Shown: piece after piece, positions 52,062-64,000 of the stretch
Position numbering within the stretch: position 1 is the stretch's first letter
Layout: each line of letters begins with the position of its first letter
NCBI GenBank assembly: GCA_002633005.1
Contig: NMRA01000123.1
Location: 162,893 to 226,892 of the forward strand
Direction of reading: 5' to 3'
Length of the DNA stretch: 64,000 bases
DNA from: Phoronis australis
Lineage: Eukaryota > Animalia > Phoronida
Notes under the pieces: model-generated
Told to the model about the DNA's origin: nothing
What the model saw: the letters and a program-made list of their open reading frames with translations, nothing else
Database searches by the model: none
Position numbers and translations under genes: made by a program

Positions 52062-52459
52062 AGGCACTGTCTCCTATCTTTTTACTCGAAATGGAACTCG
52101 AAATTAGGTTTGGCATTTTCTGCTCTACTTTTGGGCGAACTCAAGATAAGTGTCTATTATTCTATGCTCGAGTACACAATAACTTACGTAGATAATTTAT
52201 TGCCCTTAGTTCAGTTTGTAAACCCAATATTAAAGCAATAAGTTCGAGTTTGAACTCGAAATTTCAAGTTTTTACTCGAGTTTGTAGCACGAATATAAGG
52301 GTCTTCAAGGGCAAACTTGAATCAGAAACTCCTATGCATAAACTATAATGTATTCGAGCAGTCTGATAACCAATTATCTTAAGTTCGCACAAAAGGAGCA
52401 GAGAAATTGCCAAAAATAATTTCGAGTTCGTTTCGAGTACAAAGATTAGAGACCGGGCC
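52062..52459. mobile_element. MITE (Harbinger-like ends) just downstream of the predicted PEX26 stop
   Basis: About 40-bp imperfect TIRs ggcactgtctcctatctttttactcgaaatggaactcgaaatta and taatttcgagttcgtttcgagtacaaagattagagaccgggcc; many internal actcga/tcgagt motifs. Confidence 0.7.
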
Positions 52460-53004
52460 AACTCATGGAAGACATTGAACTGTTGTATGCCAGCTGTACA
52501 GCGGCTCATCATCAACAGTGAACAAAGCACGCTACCACATATTCAGGTTGAAATCTGTGCACGGAATCATCGCTGTTTCCTAATCATGATTTTTTGCGGT
52601 TACATGCCAACAGAGCAAACTAGCAGTTCACAAACAGGACTTGCAACAGCATGTCAGTGCACCATCTCCAGTCGGTAATGAGTAGCTTTTGGAACAGGGT
52701 AGTCTGAAGTTCCACTGGATGACTCTGTCTTTAGCCCCAGAATGTCATGAAAAATCTTAATGGCAAGTGTAAAGAAGTGGTTGTAGGAAAAAATGTGCTC
52801 TTGTTTGAAATCGGGCATGCCATGTTCTAAGTTGTGGGACTGTCCAGATTGTGTGACCACGGTGCGGTGTAAAGAAACAACTTTGATGACAACAATGATA
52901 TAAATGATGATGGAGAGGATGGAAAAAACATAGTGTGTGCTATGTTGTTAAAGAACTTTAAATTTGTAGCCTAATGGAAAATATTGATAACATTTTATGG
53001 TGCT

Positions 53005-53142
53005 AGTGACTATCGGGACTGCATGACAATGAAGTGCAATGTGGATAATGAGTGACTATCGGGACTGCATGACAATGAAGTGCAATGTGGATAATGAGTG
53101 ACTATCGGGACTGCATGACAATGAAGTGCAATGTGGATAATG
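53005..53142. repeat. Perfect 46-bp tandem triplication
   Basis: agtgactatcgggactgcatgacaatgaagtgcaatgtggataatg at 53005, 53051 and 53097. Confidence 0.95.
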
Positions 53143-53932
53143 ATAATTAATTGTGACAATTAATGAACGTGATCAGAGTGAATTCATTGCAGCATTGGAA
53201 TTGTATATTGTTCATATGCAGGTTGTGATATCAAAATCTTTATCAAGTTCCTAATGGTTAACAGTATTGTTCTTTTGGTAAGAGTTCAGAATATAGTAGT
53301 ATGTTTTCAGGCCAACAGGAAGCGCTGTTAAATTTTTTCTTTTTCTATTTTTGAGTAATTTTTCACCTAATGTCATATTTATCATTTTTCTTGTCCAGTA
53401 ACTTCAAATGAATAAAACCCTATCAAATTATTGTCCAGTTTTTGTCTAGTGTAGTTAGTTTTTGAGGATCAGTTTTCTGTGCCAGATTTTGCAAAAAGTC
53501 AGATTTTTAGGTCAAATTTTGCGAAAACGTGCGAGTCAAACCTTGGGAACTTTTTTTCTTAAAGTATAGTACTTAATGACCTTAAAAACACCAAAATTAT
53601 CTTGCCCCCAAAAAGTAGCCATAGAAATGATTTTCTAGGCTTCCTAGAGTCCAATGGACTATGGCGTACACTTGTTGCCTCTGGATCTTTGGAATTCATG
53701 AAATTTCAATGTATTTTCATGAAATTTGGCACTGAAATATGTCACCTTTCCCTTTAGAACAGATTTCATGTTTTCTGCGCCACCTGGTGGCCTTTTAAAA
53801 CTTTTCGCGTATGTTTTTGTTGTCTGCCTCTCTAAATGCCAAACCACTAAATGGAAGATTATGAAATTGACGGTTGATGGCTGATGTTCATTTTCGGTTG
53901 TGTTTTTACTATACTGTACCCCGGCCCCCTTA

Positions 53933-54065
53933 CAGTGGCGGATTTGGGGGGACCATGCCCCCCCCTAAAATTCTATCAGATATTTGGCAGTTCGGGTGCG
54001 AATTGCTGGACTGGTACATGCGCACAACCAGGGGGGCTTGGGGGGTGAAGAAACAATACATAGGC
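53933..54065. mobile_element. Family A fragment (left end only)
   Basis: cagtggcggatttgggggg...; aligns by eye with 22757-22910. Confidence 0.7.
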
Positions 54066-55272
54066 GCTGATGTAGTCTTTTCTCTAGGACATCGACAAAA
54101 TACATTCAAGTAAAATACATTTTTAAAAGTAGGCGTTATTTGATTTTCTTCTTCAGCTATTTATCAGGACGAAATGCAGATTCGTGTATGTTTTGCCAAT
54201 TGAAAATCTTAGATGCATACGACTAGGTTTGCAACTTTGGGCTTATAGGTCGATTATCCATTGTACTTTGGGGTGTGGCCTTAGATACAAGTAAAGGTGC
54301 AGACTTTCAGGCACCAAAATTTTTAGTGCGGTCTGCAGTGCAGTAAAAGAATTCGACTGAATACTGATGGATCGTTCTTTCTGCTCAGGTGGTGAATTCC
54401 ACCCTCACTCAGCCCTACCACCGCTATTATGGGCATGTTTCTTGTGTACTTTATGTTAAACCAATATTTAGATTCTTGCATGTTCAATGATCCCACCCAT
54501 CACAACTCTCATTTAAACAGAAACGTCCCAAGAATAAATGCCCACAAAGACATAATGATCCTTTCATTGAGTAGCTTACCGTAATTTCCCATTTCTCAAA
54601 TCCAATCCCTGCAATTTATTTCCGATACTTTCGGTTAAATTACGTATTACCGTCATACGGTATTATGTTGCATCCACGAGTGGCATTAATATATAAACAC
54701 TAATCCTCGAGCGTAACTAAGCAACACCTTGATCACGCTACCTTCCGACAGTTCACAACTTAAAAGGAGAAAGCAATCGTTTTGGTTCCCCGATTACCTT
54801 TGGTGTGTTCACGATCTTTGAATAGACAATGATGGAACAGCCCTGTTGGTATTGCAAACACAGATTGCTCAAATTGGGATATTTTGTTTCCCCATTGGAA
54901 GTATATACTGTATTAAGATGCGGGGCCTTTCTCGGGTGGCTTACATCACTTTCTATTGTTCTTGGGACGTTACTTACTCGTGAACGGAAAATTGATAAAC
55001 ACAGAAAAATATCTTCACACGAAAACCGTAGACTTATTTTCACTAACAGAACGGTGTATTATGTCCCAGAATTTAACATTCTAATGCCTTTGCTTGGTTC
55101 CAAAATCTTGTCATTCGACAATTCTCAATTGGAAGTCAACAGGCAACCGATTTCAAGGCACCCGACGAACCAAACCATAGACAAAAGGAAAACCACCTTC
55201 ATCCAAGTTCTATTTGAAACCGATAGTAACCGAAATAAAAACGTAACCACACACGATTGAAATTACATCACG

Positions 55273-55278
55273 TTTATT
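55273..55278 (-). terminator. Candidate poly(A) signal of the CNBP-like gene (3'UTR about 1.5 kb)
   Basis: Minus-strand AATAAA followed by GT/T-rich sequence. Confidence 0.45.
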
Positions 55279-56768
55279 AAGCTCAACTGAAAATAGTATG
55301 ACATTATAAAATCCAACATCCTACTGTCAATTTCTACATTTTGCCACTTGGTAAAATACAAAAGTTGACAATGTGCACCAAGTATTTGCTCTCACGTGTA
55401 CTGCATGTAACGTTACTCACAGTTACGAAGGTATCAAGCCACCAATACCCTTACGCTGTCTAACAGGCACTAAATGAACATACACATGATTCGCCACATA
55501 CATTGCAACTTTTAAATGAAATATCCCAAATGACACATTCAACTGTTGAACCAACTGAACACGCGATACACATATTGCTTTGGTAACAAAAGAACTTCGA
55601 ACTACAAACAGAACCCCGTGTCTTCGATACCTTAGTAGACGGGATAATGTTACAGGTTTTTTTCTTTCAAATTATAATCAAATGCAAGCAAAGTGAATTG
55701 GGGATTTTTGCAAACATTTGCAACTTTCGACATTTTGCGACCACAACAACTAACCTTCAAGGAACACTACTCCACCAGTTCGAAGTGTACAACTCGTGCC
55801 GCCACCCCCCGGCAGCCTCCTCACAGAGGGCCACACATCCCTAACACCGTACTCTACAATTACTCATTGTTTGTATGATGCAACACCACGTTATCCAGGC
55901 TAAGAACTAGCTAGGATTTCACTTAGTGCGCAACTCAAACACACCAAAAGTAAGTCACGCTTAAAAATGCCCAGGCAACCACATCACTGGTCAGGGCAAG
56001 CATCATTATAAAAAACTGATCTCACAAAATACAACAGCAGAGATTTAGCTCAACCTCTCTTCCGTAATGAGTTAACATAACAATCCCACATCAACTTTCA
56101 AAAATATCTTGTTACAGTCTCCTGTCAACATAATCGTAATTTTGTACTTAACGCATTAAGATCCCATTGTGCCTCGGGTCACAAAAATGATTTCAGACTG
56201 AAATAGCCCTGAGATACTACCACGTAACACGACGTCCTACAGAATTTCAAGCCAAACTCGTAATAACTAAATATTTAGCACGGGAGGTCTGGTTCCAACA
56301 ACCTGCGCTCCAGCACACCTCACTCGGAGTAGATCTTCATACTGCCTTCAAAAGTCCAACATGACATATACTTGCAATATCGCTCAATGCAAGGGCGATA
56401 AAAAATAACATCGAAAATAGTACAAAACATAGATGTTCATTTCACAACATAGCAAGGCTGGGTATCGCCCATGTTAAGCCAGAAAAGTAATAGCCAAAAC
56501 ATAAATGACAGCTAGTCTTAGTTTCCAAACTGTTATGTGCAACCATTAGTGATCTGGAACATGCATAAAAATCCTAATTGTACTTTTGTAATTAGACTGG
56601 GAGTAAACAGCATAGAACACGCATATTGAGACCTTTATGTAAACTGGCCAACCTAAGGAAAAATCGACACTGCTTAGTAATCTATGGGAATTAACTATAT
56701 ACTTAAACTAAATCCAAAACGTAACGTTGCAAGGCTTCTAAATGTTAAGATGACTCGAGGAGCGCGGA

Positions 56769-59700
56769 TTAGTCTGCAGTTGGGCAGTCACGAGCGAAGT
56801 GTCCCAAATCATGGCACCTGAAAATACAAAAACAACACTAATCAATGTAGGAAATCAATAAACTCCATGCAGTAAAAGTTACGGTTTACTTTTCGCACAA
56901 TACTTATTTTTACACAACGATGACGACTCATGGTCCGTCACCTTATAACACAACTGCAGTATTTCTAAAAGAAGTGAAATCTTGCCCGGAGCATACATTA
57001 AGACACATAGAAGTCTTGGGTCTCCACACACACACATTTAACTAATGGCTGGCAGTTCAGGAAGATTTCTCGATACGTAGGTAAATTAACTTAATTCTTT
57101 GCCACAGAAACAAACATGTACAAAATCATGACAGTACAGATTTAGAATCAAAACAATGCATTTTAAAATCAGGGTCCCCAAACCCTGGATTTTGGGGCCA
57201 AATATTGAACGCACTCCCCTCAGAAAAATCACACGAAATTCCCAACATGATGCCTAAAAGTTCCCCTCGAGGTTCAAATCACTTGTAACTCCCATAGGCA
57301 ACAAGATAAAATAGCACAAACTATTAGTTTTGGCTACTCGAAGCAGAGGCTATGAGGGCTTGCAACAGGGAGGGGTGTTATTGATGGTGATCAGGAGGTA
57401 GAATTTTCTCCTCACCCTGAAATATTGCCATCACAGAAGGTAGTCATCTTTCCCCTCGGATGAACGAGGGCCCAGAAAATGACTTTGACATAATGATAAC
57501 CTCTTGCGTAATACAAGACAGTTTTTGGAATCAAAGAAGCTGATACAAATTACAAGAGCACAATTACCAACTTACAACTTCAACACTAAATCTTAAAACA
57601 AGAAGACCAGTCCGATTTCACTACTAATCATATTCAACAGAGATAGGTTTTCAGTCTTTGCCTTAAAAATAGATCCGAAAGTGATGCGAAGGTGTTTTGA
57701 AAGGGTAGGCTATTACATTTGACCGCCTTTTTACACAGAAATGTCAGACACGTTTAACTAGTTTAGGGACAAACTCACTCCTAGCATGGAAAGGAACGGT
57801 TCGCGACATACACTGAACCTCTGTAGTATGGTGCAGTTCAAAATAAACATCCTTTTAACTGGTTGTCAGAGAAATCTATTCAAATTAACAAGGTGGACCG
57901 CGCAAAATAGCAATTTCATCACTCAGTGGCAAATGTCGTGACTTTTCTCCCTGGTCTCTCCAGCTGGTGTAGAGTGCACTGGCAAAACCTCAATGCTAAA
58001 CACATGAACCAAGGTTCAAATACCATTGGACAAGCCTAGGGTGCGTCAAACACTGCAGACTAGCAGAACAAGTTTACTTGACCGTCACACTAGACATACA
58101 CTTTTCATTACTAAACTTAAGGATTCAAGAATTTCAAGGAGATTCCTACATTATTTTGATTGAAATAACAACTTCCATTGATAGAGCAAATTTAGATTTG
58201 GGACAGCAACCCTGTGATGGTCAACACAACTTTCCAATTTATCAATGTGTTCAAATCATACCATGTTCTATTCTGACTTGCAAGCAAATTAACATTCACT
58301 TTAGATTGATTAGACTCTTGAAAATGCACTCACTTGGTAAAATAAATCAAAGCTCTCATTCGGCATAATAAATCAAAGCTGTACGTATGCAGTTGGGCAC
58401 GCACACCGCGAACGTGGAGGTTTACCAAAAAATTAGAGAACGGACTATCGCTTCACAAATAAAAAAGTTCATGTTAAATCAACATTTCGTCTATCCATCA
58501 GACATCATCAGGATATGTACAGTAGGACAACAAAGATTGATTACCATTAAAGTCACATCCATGTGGTGAAATGAGAGTGAGAGATACAGGGAAAGAAAGT
58601 AGGTCATCACCATAGTTAACATGCAGAGCTCAGTGTCCCTACAACTATGGTGATGACCTACATACTTTCACAGCATCTCTCACTCTCATTTCACCACATG
58701 GATGTGACTTGAATGGTAATCGACACTTGTTGTCCTACTGTATTTATACTGATGTCTTATGGAAAGACAAAACGTTGAGTTAACATGAAATTTTTATTTG
58801 TGCGGCAATTGTCCGTTTTCTAATCGTACTTTGGCCAAAAAATATTGTAGAGAAAACGTGCGTAGCAAAAAATTGCAATGCACAAAAAAGGAACAGGATC
58901 GACATCACCAAAGAAAATGGCAGAACTATGTGAACCACTGGCCATACTGACCACATATTCTCAAAACCAGGTTTCACAACTAAGAGCTAGGACATTGAGA
59001 TTATGCCAGTGAACTCTCGCTCTGATCCCCTTCTCTCTCTCTCTCCTCTCTCTAGCCATTACTTCTCTCTGTCTCTAACAATGAGACACACACACACGTA
59101 CCTGCAACAGTCACAAAGCAGTCGACAGTAATCAACAGTGGACCAGGCGCTGGTACATTACGTTCCATTGCCGTCATTCACTTAAATGCACAATGTCGCT
59201 CACTTGTAGCACTCAATGTTGCTCAAATCCCCACGTCCGCGTCCTCCCCCTCCACCCTGGCGCGGCTGATCGCAGTCGCGTGATATGTGACCTGGTTGGC
59301 CGCAGTTGTAACAACTGCGCCCGCTGCCGCCACCGCCACCGCCACCACTTCCAGAGGGGCAATCACGAGCCATGTGTCCAGGTTGGTTGCACGAGTAACA
59401 CTTGCCTCCGCTGCTGCGATCATAGCCACCACCACCACCACCCTGATCACAGTTCCTGGCAATGTGGCCAGTCTCGCCACACTTGTAACAACTCTCTGAA
59501 AGTACATTGCCGTGTTAGCTTGGGGTTGGATGGGACAAAAGTAAAGTTGCATGTAACTGCCAATCAAGGACCTTGACACATTTCAGGCTTTGTGCATATG
59601 AATACATTGAGAGCAAGCCCGACTGTGCTATACTAGGATTCTTCACAAGCTGTAACAACAGCATCCACGTATTCAATGAAGGAATTCTTGATCTTTCTAA

Positions 59701-62697
59701 CTTTCAGCCTAAAAATTTTGATTGTTTAGAGGACAATTGAAATCAAGCAACTGGAACTGACAATACATCAAAAGAACCTTGTTTTGCCTACTTACATATA
59801 AATCAATATTCTTTAAATTCTAGCAACCCATTCTAAAGACGACCAACAGAATCCAAACTAATGGACGGAGCAGGCAAAAACAACAGACTTTCAGCCAAGA
59901 ATTCAGACTATTCATGACAGTGCAAAGTTTCGAAATACAGCGAGGCTAAGTTCATGTACAAGAGCATCACAATGCAGAGAAATGCACTCATGACTGCACC
60001 ACTAATGTTATGCCTCTTAAGGTGTTTAAAAACATAAAAATGGCACTGTGTGACACAGAATCACTAAAAGCCTCAGAGAACGAAAGGCATCGCCATTCCC
60101 TTTATACAAAACTATCTGACTAATTCAATGAAAACCCACATAGGAACGTTGATGACGGAGGCAAATGTATAAAATTGTTGTCACTGGGAAGTACAGAGGT
60201 AGTTGAATCAGTCTGAAACAAGTTTTACAGGAACACATTTGCCAATTTTCAGTCTGTGGAGCTGCTGACGACAAAAAAAAAAAAAAATCGCCACAAGAGG
60301 CAACGTAGTAGCCAAGCCGGTCTAGAGATCAACGCCAAACAAAATCTTATGGGCATGAACATAACTTCCCTTTTTCACAGTCCTCTGAGCAGTGTGGCAG
60401 GAAGATGGACTAGCTTCTGTTCGATACCTGAATAGCATCGGAAATTTGTGAAATCCGTCAACTAATAGGGCAGATACGGCGACAAATGTAAGAATTCGAA
60501 ATTGATATCAGGGTGCAAACCACTACTTGGATCCGTCCAAAAATCACCACTATGAGTAAGCAACTCCAAAGGAACACAACAAATTAATTTCACAAATATC
60601 CTGAGTGGTTTAGGAAATACAACAGCAAAACCTGGGGTAGAAATGACGGCAACTCCACCACGTACATTACCTGTAACCTTCGGGTTAATATAGGTGTTTG
60701 AGAAATCACTTCTCAAAATCTTTAACAAGTATTTTGTCCCTTTTCACATTGCAAACTTAGCTACTCGAATGCACATGTCAGTTAGAGAACACGGATTCAA
60801 CTTTCACGATGGCAACTAGCCATGCACACTAAAGCCTTTCAGTGGCGGTCGTGAAGAACAGCAATAATGTATCTGAGCTCGATTTTACGACCTGAAATTT
60901 GTGAGTAATTAATGCCACAGGTAAAAGCAAAATCTTAACATTTTCTCGATGATCTAGAAAATCAATTTGGCGCATAAAAATGGCAGAAAAATTTTGCATC
61001 CTGGCATTTATGAATGTGAGCTGGATTCAGTGCCTCCCAACCCCCTAAACGTCACTCCCAGTGTAGTGCATGACTAATTAACAAGATTACACAAGTCTGG
61101 TAAAATCAATGAACCGTATTTTTTACTAAAAATGACACGCAAAAAGGTTGCTTTCCCCTTACACATACTTGTGCCCAAGGTAAAAGTTGGTACAGAGCAG
61201 CATACGAGGCCCAAGGGTGACATTGGTCATCACCGAGCAGACAGCATACTCAAATTCCGTTTCACAAAATAACGTAGACTACCCAGGTGCTTTTTGCTTG
61301 CCCAGCCAACACTTTCCCAAGTGCAGTGGTTTTTTGATCATTTATTCATTTTCAACTGTCAACTATGTGTTGTTTGTGGGAGTCAGTGCCAGGTTGCATG
61401 AAACAGTACCAAATAGTGACTCATCTAAGTTCCCTAAGTCTTTTCCCTCTTTGCGTCTTTGTTTACTCACAGATGTAATCCTTTTCTGTCATTTCATGTT
61501 TATTATGATCTCTCTGACAAAAGGTCGCATTTGGCGAGAAGTAAAATTGAACCCTGTATACATGGGTGAGAAACAACATGACCGCCAGACCCAAAACAGA
61601 GGTGTCTAACTTTGTATCTTTTGCACAACTCTTNTTAAAAAATTATGGGTCATGGGTTGGAGAAAAAAACGGAAAATACGGGCGGTGGGTACGAAATAAA
61701 AGTGCCTTCCCCCCCCTCCCATACAGATTTTGCTGGAACAGCCCTTAGCCCGGATTCCAGAAAGTTGACCTTAATTTCACATAAAAACAACCTTTACACC
61801 CCTTGATAGGGCTTATCCTATGTGCCCAAAGATGGCAAACTTGGGTCACCTGCTGGTGCTACCCTTTTTGCATGGCGTGAATTTTGAACACAAGGTCCAA
61901 AGCAAACATTCCATGGAGAATGAAAATGCAGCTGAAGTCCGTGCAAACTTTTGAAATTATGATACTGGGGGTTTTATTAATTACACAAATAAAATTTTAA
62001 CGTAAATTAAAAATTTTTAAACTTGGACGTTCAGCATGGCAAACTCAAAGATCCAGAAACAAATGGCCAATTTTGACTGCCCTGGTATCATTAATTTGTT
62101 TATGTGTGACCCAACAAGACAAAATAAGTATTAATTAAGTTGGAGGTCCTACTCCCTGACCAGACTGCTAAGTCGCCTCGGGTGGAAATTAGGCCAATTT
62201 TTATCTATTAGGTCAATGATTACCTATTCATTCTACACCACAAAACATGACTTTACAACACCATACTTAATTTCAAACCTTATTTCATTTAGAAAAAAAT
62301 CACCTTCAGCATGACTGGATAGCTTAAGAAATTTTCATCAAAATTTGCCAGTATTTGCGACCAAATTGCTTAAGCATCTGATGTCCTGTTCAGTCCCCAG
62401 TGGCCCTGCTTTGTGGTGGGGCGGTCATGTTTATAAGTGTAGCGGTTCCATTTTCAGGCCCCTAAATCCCACCGGATCCCCCTCGGTCCTGTTTTGTGGA
62501 GAGACAGTCCGATTTGGAGGACCAGCGATCACATTTTGGGTCTGGCGCTCATGTTGTTTCTCATCCGTCGTATAGCCAGCAGATGAAGTCCGTTTTGAAT
62601 ACATACGTGAACCGCGGCCACCTTCTTGCCTCGGAGCATTACAATCTCTGGAAAAGTGTCCAGATCTGCCGCAGTTGTAACAAGATTTATCACCCAT
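56769..62697 (-). CDS. CNBP: CNBP/Gis2-like CCHC zinc-knuckle nucleic-acid-binding protein, 143 aa; exons 62697-62607, 59495-59204, 56817-56769
   Basis: Five C-X2-C-X4-H-X4-C knuckles (CYNCGRSGHFSRDC, CYKCGETGHIARNC, CYSCNQPGHMARDC, CYNCGQPGHISRDC, CYK|CHDLGHFARDC) with Gly/RG linkers; phases 1 and 2 match. An acceptor 3 nt before the ATG implies an upstream exon. Orthology to CNBP is not proven. Confidence 0.85.
58432..58824. repeat. Long inverted repeat (arms about 185 bp, 25-nt loop) in the last CNBP-like intron
   Basis: gtcacatccatgtggtgaaatgagagtgagagat and gtaggtcatcaccatagtt are mirrored exactly on the right arm. Confidence 0.9.
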
Positions 62698-63807
62698 GGT
62701 CTGAAAATCCACAAAACAACAAAGTGTTCAAATTTCTGTGAATAAATGTGCTGGGCCATTAGTCTGAAAAGATACTGGTTCAGCTGCCAAGTTGCTGGCC
62801 CTACTTTCAGCATTCTAACTACGCTTTTCTCAAACTTTTTCATTTACACTAAATGCGCATGTGCTTCAGAAACCTAATTGACATTAACTCTAGGTAAGGA
62901 TTTATTGCCCATTCGGTTCAAAAGTAAATTTGTTGGCATTCAAGATGTGAGAGGCAAACAAAATTGAATTATCTTAATACGAGACCACATCCACATAGGG
63001 CCTATACCTGAAAGTCACTGGCCCATCAGGCGCCCTACCAATGCGACCTCAGATTGTGTTTTGCCAATGCGAGTATCTAAGTCGGAAAATATTTCCCTCC
63101 AAATTCATTTCAAGGTGTGTGTTGACTTCCAAACTTGAAATTACTAAGTGTTACTAGATTTATTACCTTCAATTCACAATTGTTCTGTTTAGTTCGTGAA
63201 TTGAACGCATTTGCCACCATGCTGAAATTACAACAGGCTAAACAAACAGAAGCCAGAGATGTTCAGCAAAAATTAGGCAAGATAGGGGAAATTCGTGGCA
63301 CCAGGCCATGCAGTCGTCTGCGTCCCATTCTAAGTCATTTCTTTTTGTTGACGAAAATTTACACCAAATAGGGAACCTCAGCCGTTAGCGCCGATATAGT
63401 TTTCAATTTTGGCGACCTGGGACTTTTGACAAATGTGACTTGGCATTTAGCTAAGCATCGAATGCAGTAATTATTCAAAAATCTGACGAAAGAATTTTGG
63501 AGGATGGCTGAAAAAAGTCATTAACGCGTTGGAAATCTCTAAATGCAGGGTACCTATTCGATTCTTCATATCTCCTACAAAAATGATCGTACATGGATGA
63601 TATATACTTCAATCGATTTGGGACAGTCCACTCTTTGCTCCTATGCTAAAATTATTTTGATTGAAGCTTTCGTTTGCAAAAAATTCAACGCCAAACTTCG
63701 TATACGTGACAGAGCAGAAATCTTGTTTCTTCATGGAAGCCAATGAAATTCAAGCGAGATGACAAGGACACCTAGCATCGAAATTTGTAAACTAGTACCG
63801 TACAAAT

Positions 63808-64000
63808 CAGGGCTTGGAATAACCAATGACAAAAAACGCGGAAACTTTTACGGCCCAAATCATGCCCGATAACCAGCCTTTGAAATGGTCAATGTAAACC
63901 TTTCCGCGACAAAAATGGGGACTAAAAAAAAAAACGTTACCATCATCAGTAGCATGCGTCTGCGTCCTTTTCGCTCGCCCGTCCACTCCCAACCCACACA
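63808..64000. mobile_element. Family B MITE, cut by the window end
   Basis: Highly similar to 36379-36577. Confidence 0.88.

Noticed and set aside
53005-53142. CRISPR-like look of short repeat arrays (also 35228 and 40683)
   Set aside because: Head-to-tail units with no unique spacers, no cas genes, eukaryotic context.
54829-55260. 143-aa ORF with a hydrophobic stretch
   Set aside because: No recognisable motif or splice support; consistent with chance.
59193-59579. Three overlapping ORFs (Cys/His-rich, Ala/Thr-rich, Val/Ala-rich)
   Set aside because: Shadow frames of the CNBP-like exon 59495-59204.
60148-60219. Box C/D-like pattern (TGATGA...CTGA with gtt/aac ends)
   Set aside because: Antisense to the host gene, imperfect C box, and no recognisable rRNA guide.
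61187-61609. 140-aa ORF in the CNBP-like intron
   Set aside because: Antisense and intronic, overlaps a MITE end near 61384, and has no motif.

Overview
AT-rich metazoan (invertebrate-like) genomic DNA with spliced genes; most ORFs in the track are spurious or exon fragments. By joining exons at GT-AG sites with consistent phases I find four protein-coding genes. (1) The first coding exon of a GATA1/2/3-class transcription factor (- strand, 2220-2427; the rest lies off-window to the left), preceded by about 25 kb with no convincing coding exon. (2) A complete 12-exon Spindly/SPDL1 gene (- strand, 45434-28131, about 583 aa) with a CC1-box-like segment, the GNSVFAE Spindly motif and a C-terminal CaaX (CSTQ). 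(3) A PEX26-like gene (+ strand, 45548 to about 51995), head-to-head with Spindly, with only 113 bp between the ATGs. (4) A CNBP-like protein with five CCHC knuckles (- strand, 62697-56769). The rest holds a decayed RTE LINE, several non-autonomous DNA transposon families, foldback hairpins, minisatellites and one assembly gap. The most unusual observation is that two Spindly exon boundaries are each triplicated, giving three in-frame acceptors at exon 4 and three donors at exon 8. I see no clear evidence of a wholly new system. Identities rest on recalled motifs, not database searches.
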